In this document: piece by piece, positions 38,988-48,150 of the stretch
How positions within the stretch are numbered: the stretch's first letter is position 1
How the letters are laid out: every line of letters begins with the position of its first letter
Assembly (NCBI GenBank): GCA_964576435.1
Contig: CAZNUP010000001.1
Location: 294,795 to 358,794 of the forward strand
Direction: 5' to 3'
Length of the DNA: 64,000 bases
Origin: an uncultured Gammaproteobacteria bacterium
Lineage (GTDB): Bacteria; Patescibacteriota; Microgenomatia; JAMCZE01
Translations under genes and position numbers: made by a program
Notes under the pieces: generated by a model
What the model saw: the letters and a program-made list of their open reading frames with translations, nothing else
Databases searched by the model: none
What the model was told of the DNA's origin: nothing

Positions 38988-40789
38988 TTTTTTAAGGCGT
39001 GTTTAATATGTCTGACAAATTCAAATGTTTTCTTTGAATTTTCAAGTTTAACAAATACCTTTGCTGTTGATCTCCACCAAACATTAACTTCATGATTTGG
39101 AGAATAAAAAACAAAGTATTGTTTGTAGTAATGTTCAGTAAAATCTCTTTTAAGTCTATTAGCCCCCCTAGAGAAGTCAATTAATTTAATGCCCCTCTCA
39201 TGTACCTTTGGTAAAGTTAAATATAAAAGAACTCTACCTGGTGATAGTTCGTTAAAACCATCCTTAAATCCCATTTGGAATAAATGCCATGTACTACCAT
39301 ACAAAAACCCATACTCATAACCAATAGGTTCGCCCTTGTAATAAAGCACGCTTAGTAAGCAGTCGTCTTGAGATTGCTCTGTTAAACCCTTAATTAAATT
39401 AATAAGTTCGGTGTCTGAAAACACATCTTTGTTTGAATTATTTTTTCCACTTTTAGATTCAATTTCAGAAACTAACTCTAACTTTTCATATGTAGATGTT
39501 TGAAATAGTTCAACTCTTAAGTTGTCTCCCTCAGCTTCAATTACTTTCTTAATCTGCTTTTTGTGTTTTCCGCTCAAATATCTAAACGGATCATCTCCGT
39601 AAGGCAACTCAAAATTTATAGACGCAAAGGAAATATTAAACTTTGGGAAGAAAGTAGCGACATAATTAGCAATTTCTTCTGGGAGTTCGTTTAAATATAC
39701 ATTACCAATTTTAAGTAGTTCGGAAAACAGAAAATTTAGTAGATATGGATCTGTGCTTTCAATAAGTAAAGTAGATCTGTCTAAGAAATCTCCACCAGGA
39801 CCACTATATGCTGGTATGCCAAATTTCTTTGTAAGAATAGTAGGATAAATAGCTATTAACTTTTCTTTATCGTAAATGGTAATAATCTTGATTTTACTTT
39901 CAGGAACATTTTTACTAGTTGCTAGAAACCACTTCGGTGAGTTAAAGAAATGCCTCATTTCTGACTTTTCCCAAAGTTCTTGCCAATCTTTATTAAGTGA
40001 CTCATCTATTTGGTTTTTTATCTGACTTCTAAAATCTAATTTGTCCCATCTTGTAGTTTGTTGAAAATATATTTCAGGCTCAGATAGAGTTTCAAGATCT
40101 GGTATGACCTGGTCAATTTGATTCTTATATTGCTTACAAAGTAGTGATTTGCTATCAGTTTTGGACTTGAGAATCATTGGTGCAAGTTTATTTTCGATTA
40201 CAAAATTGTTCTTATTTCCCGATTTAAGTCTGTATGGAAAATCAGCCCAGTAGATTATGTGATCAAATTTTTCGCACGCTTGCCTAACCACAATGTGATC
40301 AACGTGATTCCCAATGCCTACAGGAGAAAATATTAAATAGTTGTCATCAGTCTCTGAAACAATCTCCTTCACCCTTTTATTTATTTGAGAAATTAGCTCA
40401 TTATCTTTTTTTGAAACATTTCCTGAAATTATATTTAATCTATAAATTGGGTAAATATTTCTTTTTTTGTCTTTCCTCCACAATGCATCTACATAATCAA
40501 GATTAATTACCTTAATTCCTACTTGATTAAGGGCCGTCAAATCCTCAGCTACTCTGCTTTCAAAAAGTTTTGTCTTATCTCTGGTTTTGCTTTGCTTTAA
40601 GAAAGCTTTTGCTGATAAAGAATCAGACCCAATTCCAGCACTCGTAAACACGTTAACTACTGTGACTGGTACTTTAGGACTAAGTCTTGTCATTAGGTCG
40701 CCAGCAGAAAAAGCTGCATCATCAAGATGTGGCGAAACAAAGTAGCACCTCGTATTATTAGCAATAATGTTATTAATTAATTTGTCCAT
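38984..40789 (-). CDS. PIG-L-family deacetylase fused to a GNAT acetyltransferase (CelD/BcsL-like)
   Basis: SPHLDDAAFS, R..ED, HVDH, DFPY; C-terminal LSPGRVL...IDFSRG...K. ATG 40789 preferred as start. Confidence 0.85.
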   Translation of the reverse strand: MDKLINNIIANNTRCYFVSPHLDDAAFSAGDLMTRLSPKVPVTVVNVFTSAGIGSDSLSAKAFLKQSKTRDKTKLFESRVAEDLTALNQVGIKVINLDYVDALWRKDKKRNIYPIYRLNIISGNVSKKDNELISQINKRVKEIVSETDDNYLIFSPVGIGNHVDHIVVRQACEKFDHIIYWADFPYRLKSGNKNNFVIENKLAPMILKSKTDSKSLLCKQYKNQIDQVIPDLETLSEPEIYFQQTTRWDKLDFRSQIKNQIDESLNKDWQELWEKSEMRHFFNSPKWFLATSKNVPESKIKIITIYDKEKLIAIYPTILTKKFGIPAYSGPGGDFLDRSTLLIESTDPYLLNFLFSELLKIGNVYLNELPEEIANYVATFFPKFNISFASINFELPYGDDPFRYLSGKHKKQIKKVIEAEGDNLRVELFQTSTYEKLELVSEIESKSGKNNSNKDVFSDTELINLIKGLTEQSQDDCLLSVLYYKGEPIGYEYGFLYGSTWHLFQMGFKDGFNELSPGRVLLYLTLPKVHERGIKLIDFSRGANRLKRDFTEHYYKQYFVFYSPNHEVNVWWRSTAKVFVKLENSKKTFEFVRHIKHALKK

Positions 40790-42749
40790 ATATGAAATCT
40801 TTATATTTTTCTGAAATTGCTTCATAACTAAAGTTTTCAGAAAACTTTCTACCGGCTGCGCCAGAGAATTTAATTGTTCTATCTAAAGCTTTAGTTAAGC
40901 TTGGGATCTCAAAGGCTGTTGCTTTTAAAGAAATTCCATCCGGAATCCAATTAAATCCAGGAATGTCAAAAGTCACGAGTGGTTTGCCATATGATAACGC
41001 TTCAAGAGCGGTTAGTGATCTAGTCTCAAACCTAGATGGAACAACAATACACAGCGCTTCTCTAAGCAACTTTTCTTTTTCATTTCCACTTACTCTTCCC
41101 ACAAATCTAACACGTGTTGAAATTCCAAATGATCTAACAAGGGATTTTATTTTTAAGACATCTTGATCATTTCCATTTCCTGCAATAACTAAGTAATATT
41201 TTTTCCTAAGTTTTGATTTGGCAAATGCTGGAATTAGCAAATCAAACCCTTTTTGGTCAAACTCCAATCTACCCATAAATAGTACATATTTATTTCTAAG
41301 TCCCACACTTGATGGCAAGTCTCTGCCGTTGGGAATTATCGCAATATCAGCTTGGTTGTTTATGTTTTTAATTTCGTCTCTTGATTCTTCTGAAGTTACA
41401 ATGAATATCTTTCTTGCTTTCAAAACTAAATCTTCCCATGGTTTAACCGAAACTTTATATTTCCTCTTCATGTCATTAGCTGGCAGCATATGAATAAGGC
41501 CAACAACCTTCTTTTTAGAAAATAAATTCAAAAAGAAAGATGACAAAGGAGGTACAAAGCTTTCGATCCAAATGTCGAAGTTATTTAGTAATACTCTTGG
41601 AACAAGTAAGGCACTAAAGATTGGTTGAGCAAATCTCGGACCAAATATAGCTGTCCCGATAAACTTATGTTTAACTCCGTTTTCTATAAAATCCTTTGAA
41701 TCTTTATGCTTTCCTGAATAAACTACAACTTCAAAGTTATCACTTAGTCTTTTAGAAATATCGTCAATAGCTATTGCTCCACCCCCTGCATAGTGGGGAT
41801 TATTAGTAGAATCGTAATTTGAAAAAACGATTGTCTTATATTTTGTCTTAGTTGATGCCAACATGTCCCACAAACCGTTTGGTTTAGAAATCCTATCTCC
41901 AAAAAACTTAAGCAGTATATTTTCAAAAACAGCAAGTGTCGCAAAGATTGGATTTCTTAAAAACTCATGAAATGTTCCACGTAGTTTGTAACTTTTTGGA
42001 ATTTCATAATTTGCAAATATATTCTTGCCAAATATTTTTTCAAGTCTCTCTAGATTTCTACCAAACGTTCTTTTATGAAGTTTGACCTGATCTGAAATTG
42101 TATTTGGGGGAAAATATAAGATAGATGCATCACGGGCGTATCCAAAATCTCCATATTTCTTAGCTGATAAATAAATAAATCCTCTCTCTTCATCACCAAG
42201 ATCAACAGGTAGCCTTAATTTCTTAGCAAAATCCTTTTTATAAATTGCTATCGCCCCATAAAAGTTATGCACACTATCATAATTTGGAAATTGGAGTCTT
42301 ACTCGGTCCCACATGGAAAAATCAGCATGAATTACTTTTCCTAAAAAGTTGTCAGGTCTTTTAATATCCTGATGACCAGAAGCCATTACGAATTTGCTGT
42401 TTTCTTGAATCTTCTTAACAAGGTTGCCAAGGACATTCTCACTACACAAGTAAATATCGGCATCGAGAACTACCAATAAGTCGGATGTATTTTCTTTAAA
42501 GATTTGATTCAAACGACTTATTTTCCCGAGTCTTTTCGTATCAGAAACTAACTGAAAGGTTTTATTGATTTTGATTTTGTCATTAACTATCTCCTCAGTT
42601 CTATCAGTGCTTCCGTCTGAATAAACTTTAATTTTTTCCAATACAAAATTAGACTGATTTTGACGAATAGTCTGATCAAGGACATTGCTAATGCCAATCT
42701 CTTCGTTAAAAGCCGGAATTGCAACTGTTAATGTTGGTTTTCTATTCAT
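40773..42749 (-). CDS. GT2 plus GT4 glycosyltransferase fusion
   Basis: IPAFNEE, DGSTD, LDAD; second half YAGGG, GRL..QKG, PSRFE...LEALSYGKP. Confidence 0.9.
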   Translation of the reverse strand: MNRKPTLTVAIPAFNEEIGISNVLDQTIRQNQSNFVLEKIKVYSDGSTDRTEEIVNDKIKINKTFQLVSDTKRLGKISRLNQIFKENTSDLLVVLDADIYLCSENVLGNLVKKIQENSKFVMASGHQDIKRPDNFLGKVIHADFSMWDRVRLQFPNYDSVHNFYGAIAIYKKDFAKKLRLPVDLGDEERGFIYLSAKKYGDFGYARDASILYFPPNTISDQVKLHKRTFGRNLERLEKIFGKNIFANYEIPKSYKLRGTFHEFLRNPIFATLAVFENILLKFFGDRISKPNGLWDMLASTKTKYKTIVFSNYDSTNNPHYAGGGAIAIDDISKRLSDNFEVVVYSGKHKDSKDFIENGVKHKFIGTAIFGPRFAQPIFSALLVPRVLLNNFDIWIESFVPPLSSFFLNLFSKKKVVGLIHMLPANDMKRKYKVSVKPWEDLVLKARKIFIVTSEESRDEIKNINNQADIAIIPNGRDLPSSVGLRNKYVLFMGRLEFDQKGFDLLIPAFAKSKLRKKYYLVIAGNGNDQDVLKIKSLVRSFGISTRVRFVGRVSGNEKEKLLREALCIVVPSRFETRSLTALEALSYGKPLVTFDIPGFNWIPDGISLKATAFEIPSLTKALDRTIKFSGAAGRKFSENFSYEAISEKYKDFIYGQIN

Positions 42750-45700
42750 GTTTTAGTACATTAATAAATTCACTAGCACTTTTATCCCAATCATATTTTT
42801 TGGCCCAACTAATTCCATATTTTCCTGTTTGCTCTCTAAAGCTTTTATTATTGATAAGTGCCATAACTCTTTCAGCAAATCGGTCAGTGTCTCCGTATTT
42901 AACTAAGAATCCAGTATGTGGGTTTTGAACTGAGTCCCTAAGTCCTGGAACGTTTGATGCAACAACTGGTGTTCCACAAGCATTGGCCTCAATAGAGGTT
43001 ATTCCCCAACCCTCTTTCATTGATGGATTCACAAACACCCAGGCTTTTTGGTAAAGACTTAACTTTTCCTCTTCACTTATCTTCCCAGTGAATTTAATTT
43101 GGTTAGTTAACTTAAGTTTCTTAACAAGATCAAATAAAGGCTTTTTGTCTGGACCATCTCCAGCAATGACAAATTCAACATTAGGAGTTTCATCTAAAAT
43201 TCTCTTTGCCATATTAATAAATACTTTCAAACTCTTATGCTTCTTAAGCCTTCCAACATATATAACAAGTGGTGTTTTACTTTTAGTTCCTGGCTTAAAG
43301 AAAGTTAAATCAATCCCATTATGGACAACTGCGGGCTCCATGTGTGTGAGTTTGTGTTCTAGTATTTCCTTTTTAGATGACTCAGAGACTGTAACTACCT
43401 GTGTATTTCGATAAACAAGAGGCATTACGATTTTTTCCAAAAAGGCAGCAAAATAGTAAAGTGGTAATGGCAATCCGTTTCTAAATATTTCTTGATGTAC
43501 TGCGTGGATAACTAAGACAACTTTTTCTTTAGCAAAAAGTGGCATAAAAAATGGAATACCATTTTCACAATCAACTATCACATCATACCTTCCACGGAAT
43601 CTAATAAGGTAGTAAAGAATTGCCCAAACATACACAAACGCAAATCCTCCCCTTCGAACTATTTGGACTCCGTTCAAAGTCTCACTTCTCAAACTTTTTC
43701 CATCATTGCCAGAAAATATTGTGACGCTGTGTCCAAGTTTTGCCCAACTTTCAGAAAGCTTTTGAATATAAACTTCTGCCCCTCCAGCCCATACGTGTTT
43801 TGTATCTCTCCAGTTAAAAACAAGAATTCTCAAATTCTTTTCAGAACTTGGTGCCTTATCAGGTAGTCTTTTAAATAATCCAACAAAAGCTATCGCATTA
43901 CTTTTGATTGAAGGTAGATATGGATAGATAAAGTGCATTGCCAGCATTGTCAAAAGCGAAATGCTTGATGCATATAAAGCAGCATGGACAAAATCTAAAA
44001 TAGTATTGTGTCTAAGGACGATGAACACTACTTGTGTAAGCGATAATGAAAATGAAGCAACTGCAAAGAATTTCTTTCCTTGTGTTTGATGGAAGTTAAC
44101 TATCAAAGCAGAAAGACTGAAAAGCATCATTGCAAATGTAAACATTGGCAAGAACCTAATAATTGGTAGAGACTTTTGTGCCCAGAAGAAAGGCACAGTA
44201 ACATCTCCAAAAACTCCAAAGAATAAGAAGGCGCTAAATCCGGTAGCAAAAGTTCCAAAGAAAAATAGCTTGAAATACTTTCCAGTTGTGTACCCTGCAC
44301 CCTGCGCCTTACTAATAATTGGAACGACAAATTGGGAGAAAAGTGATCCTAGGAAAAAGACCATTTTTCCAATTAAAGACAAAATTGCATATTCTCCAGA
44401 AAGTACTGGTGATAAGAAGTGTCTTGCAAGAAGAATATCCCCTCCAAGATAAACAACACTAGAAAGATTGAGAATAATTGATGACCCAAAGAACTTAGTA
44501 GAGAAATCTATTTTCTCTGACTTAACTCTTTTAGTTTGTGACGCCCATAAGTATCCAAGACCAAATGACACCATCATTGATAGTGGGGTGGCTAGATATA
44601 CCCATTGAGGAAGTCCCAAAGAGACAATAATTATTGTCAAAAGTAGTCTTGTGATTGCTTCAGACAAAAGCAGCCAACCAAGATAAGAGAACTTAAGACT
44701 TCCAGTCAAAAAACCAACGTCAACAGCATTAAGTGTTCCAATAAACCAAACAGGAGTGAATATTAAGAAAGGTAGTGGACTTTCAGAATTAAAAAATATT
44801 TGTAAAAGTGGGGTCAAAGCCACCCACACAAGACAAGCTGTTAATGAAACCGCCTTTGCCTTAATTCTTACATTGCTCCAATAATCTCTGTTGTATTCTG
44901 TTTTTCCTCCAAAATAGAAGGCGCTTTGGTGAGCCACTGTTCTAATGAGTGCCCCCATTGGAATAAGTGATAAATATACAAAACTACCAATTAAGGAGAT
45001 AAGTCCAAACTCTGAAATAGTTATGTTTGCCGCCCTTGTTAAGTAAGCGTTATAAAGGAAATTCAAGAAATAGTTTCCAAGGGTTGAAAATACTAAAAAT
45101 GCAGCCGCAAATACTTCTGGTCGAAGCACTCTTTCAAAAGAAAATTTTGGTAAGAAAGCTTTGCTTATTTGACTTGTTTGAAGACCGTGATTTGTCTTCT
45201 CCCAAAAATGTGGTTGAAAAATAAGTTGCTTAAATGCTTTAAGGGCAGCCAAGCTAACAAGTAGCCAATAGACAGGTACTAGGAAAATAAATTTAACTAA
45301 GTCCCATTGATTTCTTTTAGCAACAGCTATCATATATATGTACAGATAGAGAAAGTTACCAATAGTTAAAGAAAAAACCGCCATGTAAAAAATTGGGGCA
45401 GGATAAAAGCTTTCAATTGTCGGCCCAACAAATCTATAAAGAACGAAGTAGGAGATAGTCATAATCCAAAGAATTGGATTGATAAGCATGAATGTAGTTC
45501 GTGCCCCAATGACTAATTGGAATATGATTGCATGTGTCCCAAGCTGTTTGACAAGCCTAAATGGATTTCTCATGTGAACCAGATATGTTTGGATGTATCC
45601 CTTAATCCATCTAGATCTTTGCCTAATCCAATTACCCAGGTCACTGTTGGCTTCTTCCAAAGTTACAGAATCAATAATTGCTGTTTTGTAGCCATTCTTA

Positions 45701-47313
45701 AAAAGTCTTGCTCCAAGGTCACAGTCCTCTGTAACGTTAAATGCATCCCAGCCTCCCAATTTAACAAGAAGTTCTCTTCTAAAATGATTACTTGTCCCCC
45801 CTAGTGGAATTGTGGTTTCAATTGATTGAAAAGCAGGTAACATAAGATCAAACCATAATGAGTATTCTGCAGTGAACAATCGTGTGAGAATATTTTGGTT
45901 CGGGTTGTAATAGTTAAGTTTTGCCTGTAGGCAACACACTTGTTCTGGAGCATTTTTAAATGCCAGCGCTGCCTTTATAAGTTGTAGTGGTTCTGGTTGA
46001 TCTTCAGCATCATAAATGACAACCAGTTCTCCTGTCGAAATCGAAAGTCCATAGTTACAAGCTTTTGGTTTTGTCTTAGGCTGAGAATCAGGGACAATGA
46101 CAATCTTAATAAATTTTGGAAGTTTAGCCCTTTGCGCACTTAAAATTGTCTCCGTGTCGTTTTCTTCAAGAAGAAGTAAAACTTCGAGTTTGTTTTTTGG
46201 ATAGACAAGTGTTTGCATGTTTTTAACAAATTGAGGTAAAACTCCGGCCTCTTTATAAAGTGGACAAAGAACTGAATAAGTTGGTAAGTCCTTCGTATTT
46301 ACGCTTTTGAGTTCGGTTTCAGAAAAAGATATTTCTTGTCTCTTTTGCAGACTTTTTGTAACAAGGAAAAGCGTGAATATCACGTCAACAAAGTAGATAA
46401 TTGATAAAACTGCAAGAGTTGCGCTAATTGTCAAAATAGGATTTATGACAAGTCCAGCAAGAATTGTTAATCCAGCTAGAACTACCGCTACCTTTTGCCA
46501 ATTAATCAGTGTCTGAACTGCCGAGTGCTTAGGTTCTAAATTAGTGTGGGTAATAAAGCGTCTTTTCTTATAAATGGTCCCGTATCCAATCATTGAGTTT
46601 TGGTTTTTTGGATTGATTGTGTAGACCTTTCTAGTTTGCAGTCTTTGTTTGACAGCGCTCTGCATAATTCCGAGAGAGGCGGAAACGAGTTTAATACTAG
46701 ATTTGCCGTTAGCTCTTTCACTAAACGTAATATCAACAGAACCAACTTCAAACCCTAGTTCTCGAGCTGTATAGATAAGTGGAACATCTAGTGCCCACTC
46801 AGTAATTTGCTCTTTGTCAAGGAAATCAAAAATTTCTCGTTTGAAAAGTTTAAGTCCAGATTGTGAGTCGAAGTTCCAACCAAGTAGTACTTTGCCGAAA
46901 ATAAATCGATTTGCTTTAGAAAAAAGGCTTCTAAGTTTTCCTTGGTCTTGTTTTGATCTATTTGCAACGACAAGTCCGAATTTTTCTCGGAGGCTATACA
47001 TCTCAGGGATTGCTTCTGGTGGATATTGCAAATCTCCATCAATCATTACTACGTATTCGCTCGTGGCTAGACCAACTCCCTCAAAAATACTAAACGCCTT
47101 TCCTCGTTCTCCTGTCTTTTCATGGATAAGAATCGGATATTTCTTGGCTGCTTTTTTGAGCTCAGGAAGGGTATTGTCATGAGACTTATCGACTACAAAA
47201 ATAGCCTTGTAGCTTATATTCGCAATTCGCATAGCACGTTCCAACCTTGCCATAAGTGGCGCAATGTTTTTTTCCTCATTCATGACTGGAATAACTACAT
47301 CAAGCTTGTGCAT
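42742..47313 (-). CDS. four-module fusion: GT2 (polyprenol-P-sugar synthase-like), GT2 processive synthase-like, Wzx-like flippase, GT4
   Basis: IPVMNEE...DGDLQYPP; PLYKE, KPKACN, YDAED, TED, QRSRW; about 12-TM flippase-like block; AGGAE...EGWGITSIEANACGTP. Confidence 0.88.
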   Translation of the reverse strand: MHKLDVVIPVMNEEKNIAPLMARLERAMRIANISYKAIFVVDKSHDNTLPELKKAAKKYPILIHEKTGERGKAFSIFEGVGLATSEYVVMIDGDLQYPPEAIPEMYSLREKFGLVVANRSKQDQGKLRSLFSKANRFIFGKVLLGWNFDSQSGLKLFKREIFDFLDKEQITEWALDVPLIYTARELGFEVGSVDITFSERANGKSSIKLVSASLGIMQSAVKQRLQTRKVYTINPKNQNSMIGYGTIYKKRRFITHTNLEPKHSAVQTLINWQKVAVVLAGLTILAGLVINPILTISATLAVLSIIYFVDVIFTLFLVTKSLQKRQEISFSETELKSVNTKDLPTYSVLCPLYKEAGVLPQFVKNMQTLVYPKNKLEVLLLLEENDTETILSAQRAKLPKFIKIVIVPDSQPKTKPKACNYGLSISTGELVVIYDAEDQPEPLQLIKAALAFKNAPEQVCCLQAKLNYYNPNQNILTRLFTAEYSLWFDLMLPAFQSIETTIPLGGTSNHFRRELLVKLGGWDAFNVTEDCDLGARLFKNGYKTAIIDSVTLEEANSDLGNWIRQRSRWIKGYIQTYLVHMRNPFRLVKQLGTHAIIFQLVIGARTTFMLINPILWIMTISYFVLYRFVGPTIESFYPAPIFYMAVFSLTIGNFLYLYIYMIAVAKRNQWDLVKFIFLVPVYWLLVSLAALKAFKQLIFQPHFWEKTNHGLQTSQISKAFLPKFSFERVLRPEVFAAAFLVFSTLGNYFLNFLYNAYLTRAANITISEFGLISLIGSFVYLSLIPMGALIRTVAHQSAFYFGGKTEYNRDYWSNVRIKAKAVSLTACLVWVALTPLLQIFFNSESPLPFLIFTPVWFIGTLNAVDVGFLTGSLKFSYLGWLLLSEAITRLLLTIIIVSLGLPQWVYLATPLSMMVSFGLGYLWASQTKRVKSEKIDFSTKFFGSSIILNLSSVVYLGGDILLARHFLSPVLSGEYAILSLIGKMVFFLGSLFSQFVVPIISKAQGAGYTTGKYFKLFFFGTFATGFSAFLFFGVFGDVTVPFFWAQKSLPIIRFLPMFTFAMMLFSLSALIVNFHQTQGKKFFAVASFSLSLTQVVFIVLRHNTILDFVHAALYASSISLLTMLAMHFIYPYLPSIKSNAIAFVGLFKRLPDKAPSSEKNLRILVFNWRDTKHVWAGGAEVYIQKLSESWAKLGHSVTIFSGNDGKSLRSETLNGVQIVRRGGFAFVYVWAILYYLIRFRGRYDVIVDCENGIPFFMPLFAKEKVVLVIHAVHQEIFRNGLPLPLYYFAAFLEKIVMPLVYRNTQVVTVSESSKKEILEHKLTHMEPAVVHNGIDLTFFKPGTKSKTPLVIYVGRLKKHKSLKVFINMAKRILDETPNVEFVIAGDGPDKKPLFDLVKKLKLTNQIKFTGKISEEEKLSLYQKAWVFVNPSMKEGWGITSIEANACGTPVVASNVPGLRDSVQNPHTGFLVKYGDTDRFAERVMALINNKSFREQTGKYGISWAKKYDWDKSASEFINVLKHE

Positions 47314-47491
47314 GTTTATTTTGATGGTCTGAAATAAATTTCTTTAGATCTTTTTGATCGATTCGATAAGATCTTCCAAGTTTCATTGCAGGGAGTTCTC
47401 CGGAGCGGATGTAGTCGTAAACAGTAAGGAGGTTGAGACGCAAAATTTTCGAGACTTCTTTAGGCGTTAAAAATGTACTAATGCCAAACAT
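47300..47491 (-). CDS. excisionase/MerR-like helix-turn-helix DNA-binding protein
   Basis: LTPKEVSKIL...TVYDYIRSGELPAMKLGRSYRI; overlaps the start of the GT fusion gene. Confidence 0.88.
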   Translation of the reverse strand: MFGISTFLTPKEVSKILRLNLLTVYDYIRSGELPAMKLGRSYRIDQKDLKKFISDHQNKHAQA

Positions 47492-47640
47492 AATATCTTA
47501 TAAGAAAATACTATTAGAAATAGATCTAACCAAAAAAATATCCCCCTCTATAGGAGAATTTAGTATATTATAAGATATATTCTTTTATTTGTCTAGCCCA
47601 TACACTTGCATAAAGAACTATAATGGGGCAATATTAATAT

Positions 47641-48150
47641 ATGAGAAAACTACTGTTAGCTCTTCTAATTGGCCTTGCTTTAATAATAGTTATTTCAGTG
47701 TTAGTTGGTTTCGGTGGTCATTTTCTTAAAAACAGCTCAAATACAGCTACACCTACCCCAATTGCAACTCAGGTTCAGCCTAATTCACCAATCTTTTCTA
47801 AGCTAAATTCCTGGCTACCAGGAGATTGGTCAACACCAGTGACAAGCTCGCAAATGAATTATTCTGGCATGGAGTCATCGGTAACAATTACTACCCAAAC
47901 TGCCGCAGTATCCCATTTTGAGGATGTTTCTTACTTGAAATCTCTCGGCTTTGAACCTGACATCAACTTATCCGCAGACGGACCAGGGTCTTCCGTCTGG
48001 GGTTATAAAAATGCTGAAACTGGCCAAGTTATAGTTTTTTCCTATAGAACTAGCCCAACTTCCACTAATCCAAACGAACCACTACAATTTAATTGCCCTT
48101 GTCAGTCAAAAGTTTCAGTTTTTGTCAGTAACGTGCCCGCAGGGTCATGA
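47641..48150 (+). CDS. membrane-anchored hypothetical protein
   Basis: N-terminal TM, T/P-rich stalk, C-terminal CPC motif. Confidence 0.75.
   Translation: MRKLLLALLIGLALIIVISVLVGFGGHFLKNSSNTATPTPIATQVQPNSPIFSKLNSWLPGDWSTPVTSSQMNYSGMESSVTITTQTAAVSHFEDVSYLKSLGFEPDINLSADGPGSSVWGYKNAETGQVIVFSYRTSPTSTNPNEPLQFNCPCQSKVSVFVSNVPAGS

Noticed and set aside
47300-47491. Excisionase-like gene as a sign of a prophage or integrative element
   Set aside because: No integrase, phage genes or att-like repeats are visible; it is coupled to the glycosyltransferase operon.
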